Below, in pieces: positions 47,224-56,625 of a stretch of DNA of 64,000 nt. Source of the stretch: an uncultured delta proteobacterium (lineage in GTDB: Bacteria; Myxococcota_A; Polyangia; Polyangiales; Polyangiaceae); the NCBI GenBank assembly GCA_963716725.1, contig CAVQUB010000034.1:119281-183280 (forward strand), read 5' to 3'. Under the pieces are notes generated by a model that saw only the letters and a list, made by a program, of their open reading frames with translations, did no database searches and was not told the DNA's origin. Each line of letters opens with the position of its first letter. The stretch's first letter is position 1. A program made the translations under genes and the position numbers.

Positions 47224-48707
47224 GGCTGGGCTCCCGGCGCAGGCGGCGCGTTGCCTCCAGGCGCAGCAGCCTTCGTCGCCGGGGCCGCCTTGGGCGTCGA
47301 GGGATTGGGCACCCAAGCCTTGGGCTTCTTGGCCCCGGGCTTGGTCGGGGGCGGCTCGGGCGCTTCTTCTTCGACATCCGCGTCGGGCCCGTCGGGCAGG
47401 TCGGGGAGCGACGGGAGCCTCGGCCCCGACAGCAGCGCTTCGCGCGGCAGATCTTCGAGCCACATGGTTCGACCGCCGTCCACCAGAGTGACCCGGAAGG
47501 TCGCGAGCAGGCCCGAGCCGACGAGCCCGTCGAGATCGATATCGAGGCCTTTTTCAAGCTCCTCGACCGGAGCCCCGAGCACTCCCGGGACCTGCGGCAC
47601 CGTGAACGCTCCGAGGCGCAGTTGCGGGAGGATGCCTGCGCGAAGGTTGCCCGCATTGGGGATCGAGCGCAGCCCCGAGGTGGGGACTCCCGCCTTCTTC
47701 CAGCCGCCCTCGTCGAGCGCGAGCGGGAAGCTCATCGAGGTGTCGATGAGCAAGCTGGCAAACGGCGCGTTCTGATCGGAGCCGAATGCGCCGCGCATCA
47801 ACATGCCCCCGCCGCGCACGTAGCTCACCCGCACGGTCGTGGCCTGGGGCGGAGGCGGCGGCTCGAAGGTGCGGACCACGAACTGGCTTCCGGCAAAGTC
47901 GATGGTGGGGTGCAGGTGCCGGAGCAGGTTCACCCCGATCAACACCTTGATGGGCGCGTTGAGCTGCCTCGAAATACCGGAGAGGTCCTTGGACAACGCG
48001 GGCACGTCTTTGACCTCGATGCGTTCACCGAAGCGCATGGAGATCCACTTGGGTTCCCCGCCCGGCCCACCGCTGTCGATGACGGCCTCGGCAGTCCCAG
48101 TTGCGATCAGTCCGAGCGCGGGCTCACCGTTGACCTCTACCGGCACGACCAGGGACGTGGCCGCCACCTGCGGCATCTCCGTGACGGCGACCATGCCGCC
48201 GCTGAGACGGAAGGGTTTGCGCCCACTGCCACGGCGCGCGAGCTTGGCCACCTCGACGGCCCACACGTCCCGCACTTCGGGATCGGCCACGAGCTTCTCG
48301 AGCTCGTCGGCCGCCTTGTCGACTTGGCCCGAATACCAGTAGGCCCGGCTGCGGAGCGCTCCCGCGTCGGAGCCTTCGATCCCCGAAAGGAGCTGCGTTA
48401 CCCGCGCGTGTTGCAGGTGAGCGAGGGCGATCCGCGCCGCCAGCAACCGTACCGCGGGCTCGTCAGGGAGCACCCGCAGGGCGTTTTCGACCGCGGACTC
48501 GGCGTCTTCGACGTCGCCGGTTCGGTAGCTGTGGTCCGCGCGGTCGAACCACTTTTTCGCGCTCGCGGGCCACGCTGCCTCCTGGCCCGCCACCACCGGA
48601 CCGCAGCCGACGGGGGAGAGCGCGAGGGCGAGAGTTGCCGGGATCAGGACTCGTTTCAAGGTCACCTCGAGCCGGGCCCGCGGCCCAGCCGCGACGGGAT
48701 AGCTCAT
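47220..48707 (-). CDS. TPR lipoprotein with degenerate aspartyl-protease-like domains
   Basis: SPVGC lipobox, TPR helices, LIATG/LLIDTS and GLVGSGLL motifs. Confidence 0.65.
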   Translation of the reverse strand: MSYPVAAGPRARLEVTLKRVLIPATLALALSPVGCGPVVAGQEAAWPASAKKWFDRADHSYRTGDVEDAESAVENALRVLPDEPAVRLLAARIALAHLQHARVTQLLSGIEGSDAGALRSRAYWYSGQVDKAADELEKLVADPEVRDVWAVEVAKLARRGSGRKPFRLSGGMVAVTEMPQVAATSLVVPVEVNGEPALGLIATGTAEAVIDSGGPGGEPKWISMRFGERIEVKDVPALSKDLSGISRQLNAPIKVLIGVNLLRHLHPTIDFAGSQFVVRTFEPPPPPQATTVRVSYVRGGGMLMRGAFGSDQNAPFASLLIDTSMSFPLALDEGGWKKAGVPTSGLRSIPNAGNLRAGILPQLRLGAFTVPQVPGVLGAPVEELEKGLDIDLDGLVGSGLLATFRVTLVDGGRTMWLEDLPREALLSGPRLPSLPDLPDGPDADVEEEAPEPPPTKPGAKKPKAWVPNPSTPKAAPATKAAAPGGNAPPAPGAQP

Positions 48708-48777
48708 CGCCGGGCTCGGGTCGAGGGTGAGCTGCGCTGAAATTGGGCATGTTCGACGCCGTGCTAGGCTTCTCGGC

Positions 48778-49395
48778 GTGAGCAGCACCGTCAGCGGCCC
48801 AAGGAAGAGCCCCTACGCGCGGCGCGACGTGCTCGCCCTTCCAGTTCTGCTCCTGAACCGCTACTTCAACCCGGTCAGCGTGACCCCGGCTCGTCGAGCG
48901 GTGGTCCTGCTATTCGCCGGCTCCGCTCTCGCGGTCGACGACGACGGCGCGATGCACGACTTCGCCTGTTGGCGCGCGCTGCCGATACGCTCCAGGGACG
49001 ACGGGATCCCCATGGTTGGGGGGCAACTCCGGGTCCCGCGGGTCCTCCACCTGGTGCGCTACGACCGATCCCCGCGCGTCATCGTTCGACTGACACGGCG
49101 CAACCTGATGCTGCGCGACGACCACCACTGCCAGTACTGCGCCAAGCGCCCGCAGCTGCGCGAATTGAACCTGGACCACGTGTTGCCACGCTCCCGGGGT
49201 GGGGCGGACAGCTGGGAAAACCTGGTCGTCTCCTGCCGGGGCTGCAACCTCAAGAAGGGGCGTCGAACGCCCGAAGAGGCCGGAATGTCCTTGCTCCGCC
49301 GCCCGCAGAAGCCACGCTGGACCACCCCAGCCCAGATCCTCTTGGCTGAGCGTGAGCCTTTCAGCGAGTGGGAGCCCTACCTGCTGACGGGTTGA
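48778..49395 (+). CDS. HNH endonuclease
   Basis: RD.HHCQYC...LDHVLPRSRGG..SWENLVVSCRGCNLKK. Confidence 0.9.
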   Translation: MSSTVSGPRKSPYARRDVLALPVLLLNRYFNPVSVTPARRAVVLLFAGSALAVDDDGAMHDFACWRALPIRSRDDGIPMVGGQLRVPRVLHLVRYDRSPRVIVRLTRRNLMLRDDHHCQYCAKRPQLRELNLDHVLPRSRGGADSWENLVVSCRGCNLKKGRRTPEEAGMSLLRRPQKPRWTTPAQILLAEREPFSEWEPYLLTG

Positions 49396-49431
49396 CTGGA
49401 GCCAGGGGCGAACGACGCCTATGATGGGCTC

Positions 49432-49953
49432 ATGCAAGCCTGCTCCACGCTGAACGTCGCTGCCTCGCTGCTGATCGTCGCCATCGCAGCGCACGCCGGC
49501 TGCGCGAGCAAAGCGCCGGAGCCGAGCGCTCCGACCCCAGCCCCGACGGGACCTGCATCCGCCGAGCCGAAGACCGAGTCGGGGACCGACCCGGGCGCGG
49601 GCACGACCGAACCCGCCGCCGACGAAGGCGCCGGCGCCGCAGGCGGTGGCGACGTCGAGACCCGCACCACCGAGGTGATCCAGAAGTTGGTCCAAGACAA
49701 CCGGAAGCCCGTGCGCGAGTGCTACGAGAAGGCCCTGAAGCAGATCCCGGATCTGAAGGGCACCATGACGATCCGCTTCGTGCTCGACCCCGAAGGCAAG
49801 GTCAAGGAGGCCGTCCTGAACGTCGAGAAGAGCGAAGTGAAGTCGCCCGACGTCGTGAAATGTTCGGTGGAAGTGATCAAGAAGATCAAATTCCCGGCCT
49901 CGTCGCGGGGCATGGAGTCCACCATCAATTACCCCTTCACCTTCAATCCTTGA
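49432..49953 (+). CDS. AgmX/PglI (TonB C-terminal-like) domain lipoprotein
   Basis: VRECYEKAL...LKGTMTIRFVLDPEGKV...FP...INYPFTF. Confidence 0.8.
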   Translation: MQACSTLNVAASLLIVAIAAHAGCASKAPEPSAPTPAPTGPASAEPKTESGTDPGAGTTEPAADEGAGAAGGGDVETRTTEVIQKLVQDNRKPVRECYEKALKQIPDLKGTMTIRFVLDPEGKVKEAVLNVEKSEVKSPDVVKCSVEVIKKIKFPASSRGMESTINYPFTFNP

Positions 49954-49970
49954 TCTTCCCGGGACGGCAC

Positions 49971-51581
49971 ATGACCCAAGCGCCGGCCAAGCGGAGCTAC
50001 ATGCCGTCGGTCGCCCCGGGCGGCGACCCCTACAGCGACCTCCTGGCGCGCACCCGAGGCATGCCGCGCACGCAGCGCGCCCAGCGCGACGCGTGGTTCA
50101 ACGCCCTGCCTCTCGAGAACAAAGACGACGTATTGTTCGAGCTCGAGGTCTTGCTCAAGGCCAGCGCGTGTTTCGTCAATCCGCGCAACCACCCGGGTCA
50201 TCCGAGGCGCGCCCCGGTGGTCACGCAGGACTTCCGCGAAGCGACCGTGCTGTTCCGCGACGGAATGCACCACGCCCTGGATCTGACTCGTCAGCTCCTC
50301 GGTACCCGGGACCGCGCCCTGGTATTCCACCGCTACCTCGAGACCGTGCTTCCGGAAGACCGACTGCGCAGCCAGCTGATCGGCGAGGGTTCCGAGCACG
50401 AGACGCCGGAAGACAGCCTGGTCGCGCTGCGCCACGGCCTCTCGCGTTGGGTGGAGGTGTTGGAGGGCGTGCTCCGGGGTCCGCGGGTGCCCTACCGGCT
50501 GTTTTACGCCGTGCTCTCGACCATACAGCGTGAGATCTCCTCCAGCGCGTTCTTCAACCCCCTGACCGCGCTGGAGTTCCGCCCCGAGTTCGACCGAATC
50601 AAATCCAGCCACGTGCTCGACTTGATTCGCGCGGTTCCCGGCGACGAGGCTCACCGGCTGGTGGCGCTGTCATTTCTCTCTTTGTTCCGCCTGCTGCGCT
50701 ACGTCCGCTTGCTGGGCCGCATCGCGGTCGAGCCGGGCGGCAGGCGCCGGCGCATGGGTGGCCGCGCCTATTTGGTGCTCAGCGTGATGCGCTCCGACGC
50801 CCGGGCCCTCGGCGACCACCTGCGACGGAGAACTGGCGCCCTGCTCGCAAACAGCTTCGAGCGCGATCTGCTGCGCGTGAACATGCGCGACCTAGCGGAC
50901 CGCAGCGACGCGTTGCGAGCCGATGGCCACCGGCTCATCGGCATCAAGTCGGCACTCGAAGGTGTCGCCGGCAGCCTGCGCCTGGAGACCCGCCGCGCCT
51001 TCCACCACGAGCTGCCGCCGATGGCTCGGGACACCGGCGAGACAGAGTTGCGCGCGGCCCTTCAATCGGCCGCTGCCGACCTACGTCCGGCGTTGCGCAA
51101 CGCCATTCTGTTCTTGGGCAAGGCCCTGGGCAGCAACCTCGACGAGCAGGGCGTGTTCGATGATCAGGCTGCGCTGCGCGAGACCAGTGACCGACTGCGC
51201 CGCGACGTCTGGATGTTCGCTCAGATCGTGCGCGCCTTCGCAGCCAAAGCCGAGCACACGCCGAGCGAAGACCGCTGGGCCTTCGTGCACAACTTCCAGT
51301 ACGTCAGGGAGTTCCTCGCGTACTTCCGGACCATGGGCTACCCGCTCCTACGCGCCACCGACTATCCGCGCTTTGATGCGTTTCTGCGCGCCATGGAGCG
51401 CCTCGAAGACACGGACCTGGTGGATCCGTCACGACTCGAGGCCGCGATCGACGAGTGCGTCGCCTTCCACACCTTCCTGCTCCAGCTCTTCGACGACATC
51501 TCGCGCCGCGACGTGCTGGTCGGCGTCCCCTTCGATCGTCGGGCGGCCGCCGGTGCGCTGAAGCTCTACATCAGCGACTGA
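49971..51581 (+). CDS. Hypothetical all-helical protein
   Basis: Long ORF with host-like codon usage; no motif recognised. Confidence 0.7.
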   Translation: MTQAPAKRSYMPSVAPGGDPYSDLLARTRGMPRTQRAQRDAWFNALPLENKDDVLFELEVLLKASACFVNPRNHPGHPRRAPVVTQDFREATVLFRDGMHHALDLTRQLLGTRDRALVFHRYLETVLPEDRLRSQLIGEGSEHETPEDSLVALRHGLSRWVEVLEGVLRGPRVPYRLFYAVLSTIQREISSSAFFNPLTALEFRPEFDRIKSSHVLDLIRAVPGDEAHRLVALSFLSLFRLLRYVRLLGRIAVEPGGRRRRMGGRAYLVLSVMRSDARALGDHLRRRTGALLANSFERDLLRVNMRDLADRSDALRADGHRLIGIKSALEGVAGSLRLETRRAFHHELPPMARDTGETELRAALQSAAADLRPALRNAILFLGKALGSNLDEQGVFDDQAALRETSDRLRRDVWMFAQIVRAFAAKAEHTPSEDRWAFVHNFQYVREFLAYFRTMGYPLLRATDYPRFDAFLRAMERLEDTDLVDPSRLEAAIDECVAFHTFLLQLFDDISRRDVLVGVPFDRRAAAGALKLYISD

Positions 51582-51608
51582 ACAGGCTGGCCCCACAAAA
51601 CAGCAAAC

Positions 51609-51828
51609 GGGAAGACGGGCCGGTAGCTGTCTCCCGACCTGTCCTCCCGCTTGCTGGTAGCCGAAGATGGGCTGTCCGAGCGCGACTCTCACCGCGCTCG
51701 CCAGCTCCTCGAAACCCCCCGCACACGCGACAGGTCGCGGAACGGAGCTGCCCATCCGGCGGAAGGCTGCGAATTCGGCTCCCACCGAATCGCCTGGCCA
51801 CCGCGCCATCGCGGGGCCGAGCCCTCCC
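51609..51828. ncRNA. Candidate structured non-coding RNA
   Basis: Nested helices and a 9-bp loop-loop complement in a 350-bp intergenic gap (see findings). Confidence 0.4.
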
Positions 51829-51931
51829 TCTCTCTAGCGCGTCATCGCCTCACCCTTGGAGCACCCCGTAGTCGCCTCGCGAAGAGGCGACCCGGGGCCG
51901 GGCAGGCATCTCTGCCGCGCTACCGTCTCAA

Positions 51932-52096
51932 TCAGGCCTTCTTGGCGGCCTTCTTGCGACGCGCCTTGCGCTTCGCCGGTGCCTTCTTGGCAGTGGCCTT
52001 CTTCGCCTTGCGCTTCGTCTTGCGCTTCGCGACCTTCGGCGCCTTCTTGGCTGCGGGCTTACGGGCGGACTTGGTACGGGTCTTCTTTGCGGCCAT
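51932..52096 (-). CDS. 54-aa Lys/Ala-rich histone H1-like protein (absent from the ORF track)
   Basis: MAAKKTRTKSARKPAAKKAPKVAKRKTKRKAKKATAKKAPAKRKARRKKAAKKA; AGGAGG SD at 52105-52110. Confidence 0.85.
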   Translation of the reverse strand: MAAKKTRTKSARKPAAKKAPKVAKRKTKRKAKKATAKKAPAKRKARRKKAAKKA

Positions 52097-52406
52097 TTTT
52101 GATGCCTCCTAGGAGCGTGGGGATAAAGACAATGAAGCTCATCCCGAGGTATGTTGCACGACGTATATTGCCACCTATTGTGATGTGTCAACGAAAAATG
52201 TTCAGCTTGCATTTCATGATCGCTCGAACGCCGTAGCGAAACCCATGCAACCGGTGCGCACCGATCACCTGGTCAGTGCCCTCGAAGGAACCCCCACTCT
52301 GGGCCGGAACCCCTTGGAACTTCGAAGAAATCATCCCTTGACGCCCGCGACGACCGCACGCTACGGCTGTGCGCCCTCGGCCCCGATCGGGCCCTCCTCA
52401 AAGACG

Positions 52407-53217
52407 ATGAACATGCGCATCCGACCCCTGACAATTTTCTTCGCCGCTGCACTGCCATCGCTGCTCGTCGGCTGCGGCTACTCGCAAGAGGAGTGGGACC
52501 AGAAGGTCCGCGAGAGCGAGAGCCTCCGAAACCAGTTGGCGGCACAGCGTCAGGCGCACAAGAAGTGCGAGACCGACTACGCCGACTCGCTTCAAGAGAT
52601 CGAAGATCTGAAGAAGAACCTCAAGGAGCGCGGGATCAACATCGAGAACCTGAGCTCGAAGCTGGACGAGGAGCGCAAGGCTCTCGAAGAGTACCGGCGT
52701 CGCGCTGAGCAGCTCGACCAGATCCGAAAGCGATTCGATCTGCTGCGCACCAAGCTGCAGAAGCTGACGCAGCTCGGGCTGAAAGTAGCGGTTCGCGACA
52801 ATCGCATGGTGATCCAGCTGCCCGGCGACGTCCTGTTCGACTCCGGCCGCGACCGGCTCAAGAAAGAGGGCGAGGAGATCCTCAAGCAGGTGGCGGAGGT
52901 GGTCCGGGACTGATTCCGACCTGAAGAACCGCGAGTTCCAGGTCGCGGGCCACACCGACAGCAAGCCGCTCAAGGGCGGCGAGTTCAAGGACAACTGGGG
53001 CCTGTCCGCCATGCGCGCGCGCTCGGTGCTCATCTACCTGACCGGCACCAATCAGGGCGGGCTCGAGGCCAAGAACTGGAGCGCGGCCGGCTATTCCGAC
53101 ACCGATCCGGTCGAGACCAACGACACCGACGACGGGCGCGCCAAGAATCGCCGCGTCGAGCTGGTCGTGCTTCCCAACGTCGAAGAAATGCTGAATCTGA
53201 ACAGCCTGGCCAAGTGA
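52407..53217 (+). CDS. OmpA/MotB-family lipoprotein, frameshifted at about 52910
   Basis: LVGC lipobox, coiled coil, DVLFDSG; second frame VAGHTD...NWGLSAMRARSV...GRAKNRRVE. Confidence 0.85.
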
Positions 53218-53227
53218 GCCGGGCTCC

Positions 53228-54134
53228 GTGCTGCGCGCAGCGGCGGTAGACATCGGCACCAACACGGTGCTGCTGACCATCGCCGAGCGACGCGGTCCCC
53301 TCGTGCGTCCCGGTCTGCGAGCGCGCCGCCATCACGCGGCTCGGTGCCGGGGTCGATCGCACCCGATCGATCTCCGCCGAGGCTTGCACACGCACGCTGG
53401 CGTGCCTCTCCGAGTACGGCGAGCTGATCCGACTCCACGGCGCAGACTTCGTGGATGCCGTTGGCACCAGCGCTCTACGCGACGCTGGATCCGACCCGCA
53501 CTTCATCGGGTTGGCCCAGCAGGCCTTGGGCTGTCGCCCGCGCGTGCTCAGTGGCGCGGAGGAAGCCGAACTCACCTTCCATGGGGCGCTGAGTGGGCTC
53601 GCCTTGCAGGGCGAGGTTCTGGTGTTCGACGTCGGCGGTGGCAGCACCGAGATCGCATCTGGAAGCGCCGCCGGACCGGCCCGCGTCGCGAGCGCGGTCA
53701 GCCTCGATCTCGGCAGCGTGCGTTTGTTCGAGCGCCACATCCGGAGCGATCCACCGACTCGCGAGGAGATGCTTGCGGTGCGCTGCGCGGTGCGCGACGC
53801 GCTGGCGCGCGCTCCGATGCCGAGCCGGGATTGCGAGATCGTCGGCGTCGCCGGCACGGTGACCTCCCTCGCGGCGCTGGCCGGGACCGCCGCCCCTCTC
53901 CACGGCGCCCTGCTCGCACGGAGCGCGGTGGACCGACTCGCCGACGAGCTCGCCGAGCTGCCCCTGGCCCGGCGTCTGGGGCTCGCCGACCTCGACCCCG
54001 GCAGAGCGGACGTGATCGTCTGCGGCGCGGCCATCGTCAGCGAGGTGATGGCCTGGTCGGGGGCGACTGCGCTACGGGTCTCCGACCGCGGAGTGCGCTG
54101 GGGCCTGCTCGAGCACCTGCTACGATCTGCCTGA
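53228..54134 (+). CDS. ppx: Ppx/GppA phosphatase, frameshifted near 53300-53320
   Basis: AAVDIGTNTV; then TSALRDA, EEAELTF, DVGGGSTE, RADVI, GVRWG. Confidence 0.85.
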
Positions 54135-54214
54135 AATGCGCGGCCGCTTGCGTTGCTCAGTCCTTCGGCCCAAGCTTCTGTGTGGTCACCGCGTCGAAGC
54201 CCGCTAGCAACTTG

Positions 54215-54243
54215 TTGACAGAATAGGTCGACGTGACTAGAGT
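54215..54243 (+). promoter_or_regulatory. Sigma70-type promoter upstream of the carD-family gene
   Basis: TTGACA-17 nt-TAGAGT. Confidence 0.7.
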
Positions 54244-54465
54244 GCCGCGCCTGGCGACCCATATCCTGCGGTCGCCGTCGGTTGCCCGTAATATTGGAAT
54301 GAATCTCTTATCCGAGCTGTTCGTGACACATCTCTGAAGAGGTGGTTCGCGCGAAGGGGCTCGGGGGAAACCGTAGGAATCCGTTCAGCATTCGAGTGCG
54401 CTGAGCCACGTGCGCTCATCGCTTCGCGATGACGAAGTCATCTCTCTCTCTTTCAAGGAGTTCAC

Positions 54466-54974
54466 ATGCCCGCAAGTTCCGAAGTTGAGTTCAAGGTCGG
54501 CGACAAGGCTGTCTACCCCGCACAGGGCGTGGCGGAGGTGATCAGCATCGACGAGAAGGACATCGCCGGCTCGCGGCAGCGATTCTACGTGCTGCGGATC
54601 CTCGACACGGACCGCAAGATCATGGTCCCGGTGAGCAACGCAAACGCCGTGGGCCTGCGCCAGGTGATCAGCGAGACAGGAGATCAAGCGAGATCTTCGA
54701 CATCCTGCAGGAGCGCACGATCGGTTTCGACACGCAGACCTGGAACCGCCGCTACCGCGGCTTCATGGACAAGATCAAGACCGGGTCGATCTACGACGTG
54801 GCCGAGGTGCTGCGTGACCTGTACCGCCTCAAGGCGAACAAGCAGCTTTCGTTCGGCGAGCGCCGCATGCTCGACACCGCGCGCACGCTGATCGTGAAAG
54901 AGATCGCCATCGCGCGGGCTCAGACCGAAGAGCAGGTCCGCACCGAAATCGAAGCCATCTTCTTCTCGAACTGA
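54466..54974 (+). CDS. carD: CarD/CdnL-family RNA polymerase-binding regulator, frameshifted near 54677-54690
   Basis: FKVGDKAVYPAQGV, IMVPV...VGLR; then WNRRYR, AEVLRDL, LSFGERRML. Confidence 0.9.
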
Positions 54975-54992
54975 AGATCGCCGTCGCCGATC

Positions 54993-55033
54993 GGGACGCG
55001 CCGTCGAGAGACCGCGCGTCCCGTGGCGTTTTG
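54993..55033 (+). terminator. Possible intrinsic terminator between convergent genes
   Basis: GGGACGCG...CGCGTCCC stem followed by a weak T tract. Confidence 0.35.
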
Positions 55034-55037
55034 TGAC

Positions 55038-55502
55038 TCAGCTGCCGGCGTCGTCCCGCTGCTGAATGGGCGGCACCGGCGGCACTTCGAGCACCACGCG
55101 CCAGCTGCCGTCCTCGCGGACGCACTTCATCTCTTGGCGCTGAGTGTCCGCGGCCTCCCCGGTGACGGTCACCAGAGCCCAGTCGCCGTCGACCTTCGCG
55201 CTGTAGCGGCGCGGGGTGAACCTGAGGGAGAACCTCGACGGCACGAGCATCTCTTCCGGAGCGACCTTGCGCCCCGACAGCGCGCTGGCCCGCTTGGCTC
55301 GTTCGGCGAGGTTCTGCTTCGCGTCGGACCACAAGAGGTCGTACGCCGCCCGCGACGACTTGGGGTTGCCGTGAACGCGCTGCATGCGTTCGACGAACTC
55401 TCTGACCACACGCTCCGGCTCGCCGTCGGGCGCTTCGCGCTCGCAGCCGGACAAGACCAAGGGAATCAGCGCGGCGAGGCTCAGGAGCCGGGCGCGATTC
55501 AC
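55038..55502 (-). CDS. Hypothetical lipoprotein (NTF2-like)
   Basis: LSGC lipobox; PERVVREF...AYDLL...VREDGSWRV. Confidence 0.7.
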   Translation of the reverse strand: MNRARLLSLAALIPLVLSGCEREAPDGEPERVVREFVERMQRVHGNPKSSRAAYDLLWSDAKQNLAERAKRASALSGRKVAPEEMLVPSRFSLRFTPRRYSAKVDGDWALVTVTGEAADTQRQEMKCVREDGSWRVVLEVPPVPPIQQRDDAGS

Positions 55503-56512
55503 GACTTGGTCGCCCGCACGTTCATGCCCATGGCCTCACGCACATCGGCCATGGTGTGGCTGGCGATGGAGCGTGCACGCTCGGCCCCGGCCTCGAGCAC
55601 GTCGAGCACCCGCTTGGGATTGGCCCTGAGTTCGGCGGCACGAGCGGCGATGGGGGCGAGCTCGGCGTTCATGTTGGTGGTGAGGCGCTTCTTGCACTCG
55701 CCGCAGCCGAGCGCACCGGATCGACAGTCGGTGTCGATGCTCTTGACGTCGTCGGCCGGCGTGAGCGCGGTGTGCATCGTGAAGATGTTGCAGATCTCCG
55801 GGCGGCCGGGGTCGCCCAGGCTCAGCTTGAGCTCGTCGGTGAAGGCGCTCTTCAGCTTCTTCTCGACGGTCTTCGCGTCGTCGAAGAGATCGATGGAGTT
55901 TCCCAGCGATTTGCTCATCTTGCGCTTGCCGTCCAGACCCATGATGCGGGGCGTTTCGGTGAGCTTGGGCTGGGGCTCGGGGAAGAGCGCGCCGAAGCGC
56001 GTGTTGAACTTGCGGCAGATTTCCCGGGACAGCTCCAGGTGCTGTACCTGATCGTTGCCCACCGGGACGACCGTGGCGCGGTAGACCAAAATGTCGGCGG
56101 TCATCAAGACCGGGTAGGTGAAGAGACCCGCGTTGACGTTCTGCTTGAACTGTTCGCTCTTCTCTTTGAACTGGGTCATGCGCTGCAGGTCGCCCATCGG
56201 CGTCACCGTGGACAGGTACCACGCGAGCTCCATGTGCTGTGGCACGTCGCTCTGCACGAACAGGGTGGCGCTCTCCGGATCCAGCCCTGCGGCCATGTAC
56301 GAGAGCGCGGTCCCGAAAATCCGCGTGGGCATGTCGCGCGCTTCGTACTCGGTCGTTGCCGCATGTGCGTCCACGACGCAGAACAGCGCGTCGTAGCCGC
56401 CTTCGCGACTGAGGCGCACCCAGTTGCGCAACGCGCCGAGGTAGTTGCCGATGTGCAGCTCGCCGCTGCCCGTGGGCTGCATGCCGGAGAAGATTCGGGG
56501 CGTGTGCGTCAT
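55499..56512 (-). CDS. trpS: Tryptophan--tRNA ligase
   Basis: SGMQPTG, HIGN, YPVLMTADIL, VPVGNDQ, KMSKS. Confidence 0.97.
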   Translation of the reverse strand: MTHTPRIFSGMQPTGSGELHIGNYLGALRNWVRLSREGGYDALFCVVDAHAATTEYEARDMPTRIFGTALSYMAAGLDPESATLFVQSDVPQHMELAWYLSTVTPMGDLQRMTQFKEKSEQFKQNVNAGLFTYPVLMTADILVYRATVVPVGNDQVQHLELSREICRKFNTRFGALFPEPQPKLTETPRIMGLDGKRKMSKSLGNSIDLFDDAKTVEKKLKSAFTDELKLSLGDPGRPEICNIFTMHTALTPADDVKSIDTDCRSGALGCGECKKRLTTNMNAELAPIAARAAELRANPKRVLDVLEAGAERARSIASHTMADVREAMGMNVRATKS

Positions 56513-56625
56513 GAGTCGAAGGCGTCAGGTAGCCTCCCGCCGCTGTGCGGGCAAGCCCCAGACCGAGACGACGTGCGGCGAAGTTGGCCGGAAGTGCGGG
56601 TGACTCGTTAGGATTTCATTCGAGA

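Noticed and set aside
48778..49395. HNH gene as IscB/Cas9-like or part of a restriction system
   Set aside because: Short stand-alone HNH with no RuvC motifs, no adjacent array and no linked methylase.
51690..51760. HDV-like ribozyme or SRP RNA (CCAGCTCCTCG; CAGGTCGCGGAACGGAGCTGC)
   Set aside because: Only superficial word matches; the required P3/P1.1 pairing and the SRP helix-8 consensus are not met.
52905..52915. Programmed frameshift or stop readthrough in the OmpA/MotB gene
   Set aside because: No slippery heptamer; a single extra base in a G run plus nearby indels favours sequencing error.
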